Below the pieces are notes generated by a model. It saw nothing but the letters and a program-made list of their open reading frames with translations. It was not told the DNA's origin and ran no database searches. A DNA stretch of 64,000 nucleotides, taken from the NCBI RefSeq assembly GCF_001194135.2, contig NC_068999.1, positions 49,152,428-49,216,427 of the forward strand. Direction: 5' to 3'. The DNA is from Octopus bimaculoides (Eukaryota). Shown in pieces: positions 25,807-39,600 of this stretch; position 1 is the first letter of the stretch, and each line of letters starts with the position of its first letter. A program made the translations under genes and the position numbers.

Positions 25807-26665
25807 GTAAGGCTATACAAAGGAATCGCCTCTCTTGAGGCGCCGGTACTGTGGGTGTTTGTCCGTGTACATTCAACACACATATCACATCTCCATTTAA
25901 TATTTACATCCAGAAACCACACACGCACACAAACACACACACATATATGCTCGCGATCTTTTATTCCAAGCTAGCCATTTTATAAGATATCTTTAACCGT
26001 TTTCATTCTAGCTCCTCTCTTCCGTCCATACACACAGACACACACACACATTTGCATTCATCTAGAAACTAAAAACAACTGCCTTCTCCACCATATTAAG
26101 AGACGTTAGTAGTACTAGTCTTCGTGCATTTTCCCTTTTTATTAAAAAAATAGACACATTATTCTTCGAGTCTGGACAGTTTATTGGATTCGGTTTAAAC
26201 CACTTTGTTATTAAAATTACATTCTGTAGGCCCCGGGGGGGATGGTTGGAAATCAAAATCGCCCTTAATTATTATAGTATTAATAATGATTAAATGTTAA
26301 AAAAACACCTGCATCTTTCTCTTATATAGTTTTTAGGGTAATTTATATTTTATAGTACTTTTTAAAATTCTTTTTGATCCTAATTTGTTTTTTTGTTTTA
26401 TTTATATTTGTAGAATAAGACGAATAATAACGCGTGCACATATATATATATATACACACACACAGTCACACATTAAAGTGAGTAGCTGCTGCTGCTGCTG
26501 CTGATAGCACAAATAATATTGTGAGCTGAAACAGATAAAATATAAACAGCAGCAATTAACTACCAATGGACCTTCCAGCTTAGAACAAGCACCGATGTAT
26601 TTGTGTGTCTGCATATACAAATATCTATCTATCTATATATATACATACACACACACATCAGTATG

Positions 26666-26727
<62 letters not shown>

Positions 26728-28646
26728 TACGTGTACTCTAAGTTTATGGGAATTGCTTGTGCTTGAAGCTTTCCCTTCTATCCTTTCAACCTACTTTTTT
26801 TCTTCTTCTTCCTTCCTCCACCTCTTTAAAAATGTTGCCTTAGCTACGATCGTAGTATTAGCAAATATATGAAAAAAAGGTACTAGTCATATTTGAGAAG
26901 GTATAAAATAAAAGATGGCAGGAATGGTTGTGAAGACTAAATGGTAAATGTGCCTGAACTATTATATATATATATATATAATGTGTGTGTGTGTGGTGCT
27001 TTCTTAGGAGGATGGTAGGTTAAAAAGGAATATATATTTATGTATATATATATACACACACACTTGTAAGTGTGTAAGCTGTTGGGTTAGGAGATGTCTC
27101 AGTATTGGCTGTAGTATTGAACACACACTTCTCGCGCACCACTCGCTACCCATTTCTTGTTTAGCCGCTTCGTAAATCTCGCACTCTTCTAGTAGCCCTG
27201 CAAACACACCATAATATAACAGCGATTTTCAAATAAATCGCCATCACTGTTGTGTGAGTGTAATATATGTACGTATATAGCCAGGCGTTGGAGGGTTTTG
27301 TGTTTTATATATATATATGTATATGTATTCATATGTGTGTGTGTACGATTGTGTTTGGTGGGGAAATAAAAGACGGTGTGTGTGGGGAAAATAGATGAAC
27401 GATACCAGCCCATTTTCTTTCTATCTACCACGATGCAAAATATTTTTATTGTTCATACGACATTTTTTTCGTATCTCATTTTTGTTATTGGTTTCGCTTG
27501 AAAAATGGGGGAATTTTTTTTTTGTAAAGATAGATTTACATTTTAAAACACAGATTTCCGACAAATAGATTAAAAAAAATATTTGGATTTAGACTGATAT
27601 TTTTTTTCAATTTATATCGATTCAAGAGCGTTATGTTAATTTAATATTTTTTTTCCGTTATATTTTCCCCATTACTCCAGTTCTACTAAATTTTATTATA
27701 TTTTCTAGACTTAACTGAAAAAAAATATGTAAAATGTAAATATATTTCTGTTCTCGACTCGGCGAAACTTCCCCCTTTACCCCTCAGGCGTAAGTCAGCA
27801 ATCTACGAGGAGGTGTGTATGTGTTCTATTTCGTAGCCACTTACCACCGTGGTGTTGGGTCCAACTGCTACCACAGCTCAGAAAGATGCACATTGTATAG
27901 TGTATGTAAGTGTGTGTGTCTCTGTTTATTAGTGTTTGTTTGTTTTTCTTTCTTTTTTTTTTACTTTTGAAGGGACGTAACTCTAGATTCTGTTGCTCAA
28001 TAAACAATAAACTGTTACGTATGATGATTAATCTACCGAAATGGTTCTTTGCAACACTGTTTTTTGTTGGTCTCTCTTTCCTTCATCCCCCGATACAATC
28101 ATTATTTTGTCCCCCCCCCCCAAAAAAANNNNNNNNNNNNNNNNNNNNNNNNNNNNNNNNNNNNNNNNNNNNNNNNNNNNNNNNNNNNNNNNNNNNNNNN
28201 NNNNNNNNNNNNNNNNNNNNNNNNNNNNNNNNNNNNNNNNNNNNNNNNNNNNNNNNNNNNNNNNNNNNNNNNNNNNNNNNNNNNNNNNNNNNNNNNNNNN
28301 NNNNNNNNNNNNNNNNNNNNNNNNNNNNNNNNNNNNNNNNNNNNNNNNNNNNNNNNNNNNNNNNNNNNNNNNNNNNNNNNNNNNNNNNNNNNNNNNNNNN
28401 NNNNNNNNNNNNNNNNNNNNNNNNNNNNNNNNNNNNNNNNNNNNNNNNNNNNNNNNNNNNNNNNNNNNNNNNNNNNNNNNATATATATATATATGCGCAG
28501 GCCTGTCTGTGTGGTAGGGAGCTTGATTCCCAACCACATGGTTCAGTACCACGCAGAGGTACCTTGGCAGGTGTTTACTATAGTCTCGGGCCGATTTGAT
28601 AGACGGAAGCTGAGAGAAGCCCGTCGTATATGTGTATATGTGTGTG

Positions 28647-28681
<35 letters not shown>

Positions 28682-30627
28682 CTTTGTGTCTGTGTTTTTC
28701 CCTCCATCACCGCTTGACAACCGGTTTTGGTGTGTTTATGTCCCAGTAAAGTTATGTTACGGCAAAAGGGTGTGATAAAAAAAGTACCAGTCTTAAAAAA
28801 TAGAAGTCCTTGAGTAGATTTCTTCGATTAAAATCCTTCAGGGCGGTGCTCTAGCATGGCCACAGTCAAATGACAAACAAATAAAAGAACTATATATCTG
28901 CGCTCCTGTTCCTCTAGCATACATTCACAACCCTGGGTACTATACACCATTCCGTCGAGGGATCTTTCTATTGCGGGTACTTGCTGACCTCACCTGTGTT
29001 GGTGTCATGGAAAGGAAGCATTCACTATGCTCTGTGAAGTGGTTGGCATCACGAAGTGTATCCAGCTATAGAAACCATGACAAAGCAGACATTGGATCTC
29101 AGTGCAGGCCTCTGATTCGTCAATTTATGTTGATGTGCACAACCCAGGCCAGCATAGAAAAGGGGATGTGAAAAGATGATGATGACTTCTATCTGTTACT
29201 TATGGCAAACTTTAGATGCTCATTCGGTTTTGCTACCCAGTATAAAAAACCCCTTCGGTCATGAATGGTCATGGGATTGCACCGAGGAAGTTACCCTCCG
29301 AGACACAAATCTGAGCAAGGTTGTTTATGGAAGACCAGCAGTCGCCCCTCTCCATGCCACCGATGTCATCCAAGGGAAAGGCAAAGCGGCAGATACAGCT
29401 TGGCACCAGTGATGTCGCAACTTATTTCTACAGCTGAGTGAACTGGAGCAACATAAAATGAAGTGTCTTGCTCAAGAACACCACACACTGCCTGGTCTGG
29501 GAATGGAACTCACTACCTCATGATTGTGATCCTGTTGCTCTGACCACTGAGCCATGTGCCTTCACATGTTACATAGTGATAAGTGCAAAACCTTTCCCAT
29601 AAGTTAACAATGCATATCTTAGACGCTCCAGTTATTCTTCATGATTCTGATAATTACAGATTTTGAATTTATTGGTTTTATTTTCAAGTCAATTAGTATG
29701 GCAAGCATAGTTTAAAATATTTAATTAATGTGTGTTTCTTCCCCCCCCCCACCTCTCCACCAACAGTTTGGCAAGTGGTGTTGGTTTTTTTACATCCCCA
29801 TAACCAAGCGGTTTGGCAAAAGAGACTGATAGAACAAGTGCCAGACTTGAAATTAATAAGTACTGAAGTTGATTTGTTCATCTAAAGCCCTTCAAGGTGG
29901 TGTCCCAGCATGGCCATAGTCCAATAGCTGATACAAGTAAAAGATAAAAGATCTAGAATTTATACGATTCATTTTAAATTTTAAGACTTGTTGATTTTGT
30001 CAGGAAGCCAAGACAGGTATCAACCCATACACCAGTTCCTTTTGAGATTATTAAGCTAGGCTTGGTTGTGTGAGGTGCACCTGTTGCAGAACATGTTACT
30101 TCCAGTTTGCTATTTGGTTTCCCTTTTTATGTGGATGAATGCTTGGTGTTTGATGGTCATCATGTTGAAGAAAGATCATCAATTTTGATAATTCTTGAAT
30201 CATAGTGCTACTCATAGCTTAAAAACAAAAATGTATTAGCGACAGAGACAGTGCTAGTAGTGATGAAAGATATATCCTTAACTTTTTTTGTTTTTCTTTT
30301 TAGTCAGAAAGGAAGGCCCTGTCCATGACCCTTTAAGGAGGTTTCTGAGACTGGAAAGAAGAAGGGAGGGAGGAAAGCATCCTTAAACCAGAGACATAGC
30401 CAGAATGCTTGCAGCAGGGTGGTTTTGTCTGTCAAAAGCATCCAAGGTGCCTGGTGGTTGTTATGTTAATCTGGGTGATGGATTATGCCTACTTATTATT
30501 ATTTCCAGTGACTTTGCTGTTCATCCTTTCGGGCTAATAAATTAAGTACCAGTGAAACATTGGGGTTGATGTAATCGATCTATCCCTTCTCCCAGAATTT
30601 CAGACTTTGTGCCTGTAGTAGAAATGA

Positions 30628-30676
<49 letters not shown>

Positions 30677-33600
30677 GGCGGCGAGCTGGCAGAACCGTTA
30701 GCACGCTGGGCAAAATGCTTAGCAGCATTTTGTCTGTCTTTGTGTTCTGAGTTCAAATTCCACCGAGGTTGACTTTCCCTTTCAACCTTTCGGGGTTGAT
30801 AAATCAAGTACCAGTGAAACACTGGGGTTGATGTAATCCACTAGTCCCCTCCCTCAAAATTTCAGGCCTTGTGTCTATAGTAGAAGGAATTGTTATTAGT
30901 TTGTCTGTTGTTGTCGATGTTGACCAAGGACATAACACGCGAGACGAAGATGGGTCATAGTGTGTGGGGGTGGTTGACCAGTCCAATGTGTGCTCAGAAG
31001 ACTCTGCTGCAAGTCAGGCGCTGGTGGTCTGCTGGAACTGAAGGCAAGGAGTTGGGGGGGGGGTCTGGGCTTTGCACAGCTCGNNNNNNNNNNGGAACTG
31101 AAGGCAAGGAGTTGGGGGGGGGGTCTGGGCTTTGCACAGCTCGTGTTTTCTCTGTGCTTCTGCTTTGGTTCGTAGAAGGTGGGACCTCTGTTGGTGCAGT
31201 TTTACCAGGCAAGGTGGTCTTGTGCTTGTGCTTTCCAGGTATCAGGGTTGATCTCAAAGCTCTTCAGTGAGGCTTTGAGTGTATCCTCAAAACACTTTGT
31301 CCTCCATGTGTGTGCTTGCCTCCTGCTAGTTCACCATAAAACAGTTTCTTTGGGGAGTCTCGTGTCACATGATGTCTAGACAAAAGTACACGTAAAAATA
31401 CTACACACATATATACATACATGCAAAAATATGCATGCACATGTATATAACAGATTTCTTTCAGTTTTCGTCTACCAGATCCACTCAGAGCTTTGGTGCT
31501 GGTGCCATGTAAAAAGCATCCAGTCCACACTGTGAAGTGGTTGACACTTTGAAGAGCATCCAGCTGTAAAAATCATGCCAAAACTGACCTCACTTGGTCC
31601 ACTCTGTAGGGTGGTTGGTGTTAGGAAGGGCATTCAGCCGTAAAAAATGATGCCAAAACACACAGTAACCTGGTGTAGTCTTCTACCTGGCTGGCTCCTG
31701 TCAAACTATCCAATCCATGCCAGCATTGAAGGTAGATGTTAAACAGTGATGATGATGGCTACGATAGAAGATACTTATCCAAGATGGCACACAGTGAGAC
31801 TGAATCCAAGTTTCTTAACATCACAGTGATGCATTCATGACCTATATTAAATTAAATTAATTATTTCTATGAAACAGCAGACTTAGAAAATAGCATACCA
31901 ATCTTCTCATGGGGAGGTTAAAAAAATTGTTAGGCTTATGTATATTGGTGAGGCCATGGATATGGTAAATTTCTTTCGGTGTCTGTTAAGTTGGATCTAG
32001 TGTTAATTCATAGAGAATGTCTTTGTTCTTTTTTTCACCTGTTTGACAGTTTACATGCTGTGGGTAAAATAACTTCTTTCCTCTGATTTCTTGATAATCA
32101 ATGCTATGTAGGGAGACCTTTTTTAGTGGGTACTGTTATCCATGTTTGGCATGTGCGTGCATACACACACACACACACACACATATGACAAGCTTCTTTT
32201 CAATTTCCTTTTTACCCTGTTATACATGTCTATTTCCTGCACTATTATTCATCTACCTTCTGTCTTCTACCTCTTGTCTCTTGCACTATTATAACCTCAT
32301 TTGCCTATTCTCTTATACCTTTTACACCTGCACTGCTTTATTATACTTCTGCCTCTTACACAACAACCACCACAATCTCCACCATTGTTGTTTTATTACC
32401 AATTTCACAATAGCGAACAAATAATGTTTTAGCCATCAGTCATTTGACTTTGGCCATGCTGGGGTACCTCCTCGAAGCCTTTTTAGTCACAAATCGTCCC
32501 CGGGACTTATTTTTCTGTAATCTTCATACTTATTCTATCGGTCTCATTGAATAGTGATAGAGAGGGTCAAAGTATGACACACTGACACACAGAAATTCGT
32601 TTTGGCATTTATTATTATAGATATATAGATGACATGACAAGCCTCTTTCACTTTCCATCTACCAGTTTCACTCACAAGGTGCTGGTCGACCAGAGGCGTT
32701 TAGTAGAAGACATTTGCTCAAGGTGCTGGTCGACCAGAGGCGTTTAATAGAAGACATTTGCCCAAGGTGCTGTACAGTAGAACTGAACCTGTCATCACAT
32801 GGTAGCAAGGAGAGCTTCTTAACCACACATCCATACCTGCACCTGTAATAAATTAGTGATTTACATGAGACAGGGACCTATAATCTAATTTCTGAATGCC
32901 ATATAAATGATTAATGTAGGTAGAGATAACAGGTGTCACATAATTCAGTGGACAAATAAGAATCAGTAGTTTGTTTTGAAGTGGAATTCTATTTTTATTT
33001 TGTTATGTTGATGGGTTTTTATTGTTCATAGGTTTTGCTAAATATTTCAGGGTTGGTCTTTATTTTTGTCAAGCAAGTTTATCTTATCAGAAATAATGTT
33101 TGAAAGGGATTATGTGTATGCATAAATCTTGTGAATATTGTATATAGGTATTGCTGGGTGCTTAAGAGCCTCACTTTGCAACCATGTGGTTTCAAGTTCA
33201 GTCCCACTGTGTGGCCCCTTGGGCAAGTGTCTTCTACTATATAGCCCAAGGCTGACCAGTGCCTTGTGAGTGAATTTATTAGACAAACTGTGTGAAAACT
33301 TGTTGTGTTTGTGTGTGTGTGTGTGTGTTTGTTCCTCTCCACCTCGACACCTGATGCTGGTTTGTTTACAACCCTCTTAATGCTGTGGTTTAGCAAAAGA
33401 GAATGATAAAATGATGATTATGATGAGGAATTTGATTTAACCCTTTCTGTTAACATAAGCTGCCTTTGTTTCAATTAATTTTTAAAATAAAGAAAAATTT
33501 AGTAAAATGACTTTCTCATTATCAAGCTGGGGGTCTGGAACAAATTAGCATAAAATTTTGATAGATTACAATTTAGATCACTTTAAAACAGCAAGTTTTC

Positions 33601-36600
33601 GTCATAAAACTTGGGGGTGGTCTTAGGCAGGCTGGAATCTAAAGGGTTAAAATCTTATGCTGTTTGACATTATATAAAATTTGTTAAAAGTACTTTGTTC
33701 CCCCAACCAATATGGCTCAATATTACTAACACAAGAATTATGTCAGAATTCAACCTTTCCTCATGACACATGATGTTATTTTATGTATTTTATTAAGAAT
33801 TACACAAGCTTTTGTGTGCAAAGGAACTTTCTTTGTTGATTGTATGTCTAATTTTCTGCGATGGGTTATTGTGATGACAATTTAAGCTAAATGGACTGTT
33901 AATTCCATTTTGTGTGTGTGTGTGTTCTTCTATGCCTCATATTTTGGATGGTGGTATATTCATTAAGTATGTTGAGGCAGATTGAAATATGTGAACCCTT
34001 TTAATATCAGTCTGCCTGAGATCACTCATACGAAAAGTGTTTGTTTTTAAATTAAAAAATTTCAACTAAAGTCTCATTATATTTCATCCTTTAGCTTATC
34101 CAGCTAAAATATTCCACTTGTTTTATGTTCAAACTGGCAAAATTCAGCTTCTCACACCTACTCTAATATATTCTAAAAATATACAATCATATCATTGAAA
34201 TCTCAAAGCTACAAGATAATACCTGATTAAATTCAAAACATTGGGAATAAATAATTATTACCTTTGATTGAATAATGTGAATGCTAAAGGGTTAATATGA
34301 ATAATAGCATAAAGTTCCAGTTAGTCAGTACCGGTAAAATGATAATATTTAGAATTTCAACTATTTTAGTAAAACCCTTTCAAAATATGAATATGGTTGA
34401 AAAATAAATTGAAATATAGAAACAGCCTACCTGTTAGAAATATAGCCGTGAATGGGTTGAAGTGGAGAGTATAAATTTGAAATTAATAGTTCAGAAAACC
34501 AGTCAGTCATCATCATCATCACATTCATCATCATCATCATTTAACATCTGTTTCTCGATACTGGCATGGGTTAGATGGATTGAGAGGAACCAACAAGCTG
34601 CAGGATTGCAGTGAGCTCTGATGTCAGGTTTGGCATAGTTTCTATGGCTGGATCCCCTTCCTAATGCCAACCACTTTACAGTGTGTATACTTCCTTTGTT
34701 GATGTTCAATGTCCACAGTCAGTTCTGTTTGAAAAAATATTAAAAGAAAATTAGCCCATCCGACACGCACGTAGTCGATTGACTAAATGTCTTGGAGCAA
34801 TTCCTAACTTCAGTACACCGGATAATGTAATGCATCAATCTAGTCACCAAAGTCCACTGCAGGCAGTGTTCTTTTGTTTTGGATTTGTACTCTGGCACTT
34901 TAAGCGTTTTATATCAAGCTTTCAGTTCTGTCCATGCAGACAGAAGTACATAAATGGTTTCTTTTTTTCTTTTTATCTCTCACAATCATATTTGTGATAT
35001 AGAAGTAGCTAGATAGATACTTGTGGGTTAACTACACAAACTCAACACACAGGATATTAGAAGGTTTGTGTTTTATCTTTTACTTGTTTCGGATGACCAT
35101 TTCGGGGCACTGCTGTGAAGGGTTCAGTCGAACAAATCAACCCCGGTACTTATTTTCCTTTTTAAGTCTGGTATGACTACCGATCCTATTGGTCTCTTTT
35201 GCCAAACCCCTAAATTATGGGGATGTAAACGAACCAATGACAGTTGTGGAGTGTGTGTGTGTTGGGGGCGAAGGGGAGAAATAAACACGCACACACACAC
35301 ACACACACACACAAGGGGCATGCACATAGTTTCTGTATACCAAATTCACCCACGAGGCATTGGTTGGCCCTGGATTATAGTAGAAGACACTTGCCGAAAA
35401 TGCTGTACAGTGGGACCGAACCTGAAACCATTTGATTGCAAAGTGAGCTTTCTAACCATACAAATATCCATGTGCATAAAGCAATTTATTGATAGTCAAA
35501 GATATGTAAATGTTTACCCAGTATCTAACTTAACTGCAGTATTTCCATAGAATACACAGACACAGTGTAAGCAGGAGCATGAACAGAGGTGGGGACACTC
35601 TACTCTGTTTGCAGATTGTGTGATCAGAATTAAAGTAATAATTAATCTTTTAGCATTCAGATTAATCTGTCAAACGAAACACTTATTTATTTACATTGCT
35701 TTGAATTAATCATGCATTGTCACATAGCTTTGAGATTTTGATTATGTGGTTGTTTATTTTTAGAATGACAGTATAGGGTAGGTGAGAGAGGCTGGCTCTG
35801 GCCAGTTTGAACCTAAAGCAGGTAGAATATTTGGGGCTGATGTGACTGGTTTAACCCTTTAACATTTAAACTGGCCATATCCGGCCAAAATATTGTACCT
35901 GTTTTATGTTCAGAGTGGTCAGATCTGGCCTCTCACACCAACCCTACAATATCATTTTAAAAATTAACAGTTTCCTCATCAAAATTGCAAAGCTACAAGA
36001 TAAAGGAAGATTAATTCAAAAGAAAGTGAATGTTGGAGGGCTAAATACTAAAATAAATCACCCTATAAAATTATAATTGTTGTGCAAATTAATGTCTTGG
36101 ATTATTGAGTGTATGGTCATGAACCATTAGACTAGCCATTATGCTGTACCATCATTGTCTAGGTACGTGATTCCTTTTGGTTCAGTCTGCATGGCTGACA
36201 TAATAGTTCCCTTTACACTTTGTGGTTTGAATGGTGAGCAGTAGAAGGACATCCTACTGTTAACCTTAATTGTTTAAATGGTTTGCAAAAGAAGAAAAAG
36301 AAACATTTGGAAGTCCTTCACTAGCATGTTAGCAGGAAAATTCTTCAAGCAACCAAGGAAGCTTCTGTGCAGTCATTCAACCTTCTAGAAATAGCAGCCA
36401 AATCACACTGATTTAGAAAAGGAGGACACATTAGAGAATGTGCTCCTGGGTGCAGTGTACTCAGGAAAATGAGGGATGGTCATGGTTGAATTGCTTTTAA
36501 ACCTGTCTGCCCAAAGCATTTTCATAAGATTGTCCTAAATGTTCATGCTTGTTTTTAGATTTTTAGCGAGCCCTTGTTTTATACATTCTGAGTAATATAT

Positions 36601-39600
36601 AAGGCTTTTCTCTCACAAGTCCTAAGTTATTGTGATGGTTGACAAAAATTGGGAATATGTTATCATATATGATGCAGAGATGCCAGGGAAATATGTCTTG
36701 TGTATTACAGTATCACATGTGATACACAGGTGAAATGTTAATTATATAAATTTATATTTGATCAGACATATTGCAAAAAAAAAAAACCTTCCAAAATCTA
36801 TTTCGCGAACTGATATATTCAATAAGGCTTAATTAAGATGAAAAGAAACAATAAGAAACATACCGTATTTATATATATATATATATATATTAAAAAAAAA
36901 CCTTTAAAAAAAATTTAATTTCCTGCAAAATATAGCTTATTTATTACCACTATCTTCCATTTCATCACCATGACAAATATCACAACCAACCAGCAGCATT
37001 TTGTATTGTGTTTCTTTTTCCTATTTGTGTGGATTATAATAGCAGGTTTGACTGGCTGGCTGTGTTTGGCATCACTCCAAAATACTCATCATAGCTTATA
37101 GAAGTTTGGTTTGGTTTGGATATTGTTGTGGGAGCAAACTTAGCGCATCTGTACCATTATCACGCATGTAATTTGGTTAGAACTGAGAGTTTCATGGCTA
37201 GTTCTGTTTTTAATGAGGACATTACTGAAACTAATTTAGTGTGGTGTACCATGCCTTCATTTATTTAAGACAACTACCTAACCCTCACCCTAACCCTAAC
37301 CCTCACCTGAAATGAATCTTTGCTGCCCTCTAATTTTCTTTTACTTGCTTCAGTCATTGGATTGTGGCCATGCTGGGGCACTGCCTTGAAGGGTTTATAT
37401 AGTCCAGTGGTTCTCAACCATTTTTTATCTATGGACCCCTTTGATTACTGTTTTACCCTGGTGGACCCCCATAACCTATAAAACTAGTTTTATAGGCACT
37501 TCTTTGAAAATTCCCATTTTGTTTTTCACACATTAACTCGAGTGGTTTGAACTCTGTAAAATGTTAGAGAGAGAAACCAAGCTGTTCCTTTCGGTAAATA
37601 CATCTGAATCAGAATTTTTTCATGGATCCTTAACATACTACTGTGTGCACCCAATTTACTGCTTTGCTTGCATGTCCCCACCAAACCTTACACGGACCCT
37701 CAGGGGTGATATCAACCCCGGTTGAGAATCACTAGTTTAGTCAAACAGCTTGACCCCCCCCCCCCCNNNNNNNNNNNNNNNNNNCCCCACCATTATTTTT
37801 CTTTTTAAGCCTGGTATTCTATCAGTCTCTTTTGCTGAACCACTAGGTTATGGGGATGTAAACAGACCAACACCAGTTGTCAAGCACGGGGGATAAACAC
37901 AGACACACACACACGTAATTGATTTCACAATAGCAAACCTACAAAAGATTCTTCTAGTACATCTGCTGCCTTGAATAATTTCTGTCTTGCAGTACTTACC
38001 TTCACTTTCAAAGTGTAATTTGAGAAGAGCCTCGGCTTCACATGCAATACAGAGCTGGTGACGATATGTGCTGTTGACTTCTTGATCAATTGTCTGACAC
38101 TTTATTCCTCATCTCCTTCCTTCCTTCCTTTCTTTGTTTCCTCTCTCTTGAGATCGATACAGGTGAAATTATCATAGCTTGAAGAGCTGCCCAACAGAAG
38201 CAAATTAATAATTTGTAGTAGGGCACTAGTGTACAGAGCATTCATTGACAATTTTTTTTTCCTGTTTTAGGTTTTTAAATTTATGGCTTTAAATTAAAAT
38301 TTGTCTTGATATTGACTTCTCATGTGTCCTACACCAACGTTTCATCATTTTCAACGTCCTCTTTTCCATGCTTGCATGGCTCAGACAGAATTTATTTAGG
38401 CTGATTTTCTATGGTCAGATGCCCTTCATCCTTTACCTGTTTCCAAACAAGATAATATTTCCCCATGGACAGACATGTTTTCAGAGTATTGGAAATGAGT
38501 GACACTGCTTGTATGACAATCACACTATATTCTCCTGTTTCGTACTAATTATCCTTATTCCTTGACCAATAACTTGGAATTTTGCATGTAAGAATTTAAT
38601 AACACAAATTTTCTTCCAATTTTTTTTGGTTGTCTGTGACACATTAACTCACTGGTTATATGCAATTTAGTAAGCACTCAATGAACATATATATACTGCT
38701 GAGACCCCCCTTTGGCCATGACTGACCATGGGATTGCACCTAGAAAGTTACCCTCCCAGGCACAAGTCCAGGCAAAGTTGTTTATGGAAGACCAGCAGTC
38801 ACCCATGCATACTGGCCTCCCCTCTCCGCGCCACCAGTGTTATCCAAGGGAAAGGCAAAGGCCGATACAGCTTGGCACCTGTGTGTTGTGTGTGTAGTAC
38901 CGCCTGACTGGCTCCCATGCTAGTGGTACGTAAAAAGCACCGTTCAAGCGTGGTTGATACCAGTGGCCTGTTTCAGTTCTTTCTGCTGAGTGCAAATCCT
39001 GTGCAGGTCAAGTTTATGTTTTAACCTTTCATTGTTAATCAATAAAGTACCAATCCTGGACAGTGGATTCATGGAATGTCAGAGTGTTGGGCAAATACAC
39101 CCTGTGGCATCTGTTTCAACTCAGCACATTCTTTCACTGGTTTAAAAAGAAAAAATAACCTCTAAATAAATGGTGATAGGCTTATGAAATTCTTAAGTAC
39201 CCAAGTATATCTGCTGACCATTCTCACTGTCAGAAAGCTGACAGGAAAATTGCAAGGGTACTATGCAGCTGTTTGCATACAATGAATGATAATTCTCTCT
39301 GTATTTCTCTTTCTCTCCGTCTCTCTCTCTCTACACACACACATACACACACTATGGACTCTCCTGTTGAAGACAATATATGAGCGTTCAGCTTTTGTTG
39401 AATGACCTGCACAAATGATTTGTTTACAGTGATCAAATGTTTGCTCACTCCCTCCATCAAATTGGCATTACCTGAACATGTACACAGTATACCATGTATC
39501 AGGTGACAAAGTGATTGCAGAGCAATGTGAGATGAAGTGTTTTGCTCTAGTACATAATGCACCACCCAGTCTACGAATTGAAACCAGATTCTCACAGTTG

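Noticed and set aside
27910-28720. ORFs of 145-230 aa spanning 28129-28480 (likewise 59739-60266)
   Set aside because: Open only because they run through N gaps.
31034-31143. 50 bp direct repeat either side of a 10 N gap
   Set aside because: Near-identical overlap flanking a scaffolding gap; most likely an assembly artefact.
38000-38100. Minus-strand exon-like block ([33 protein letters not shown], donor GTAAGT)
   Set aside because: The upstream acceptor context is purine-rich and no partner exons were found.
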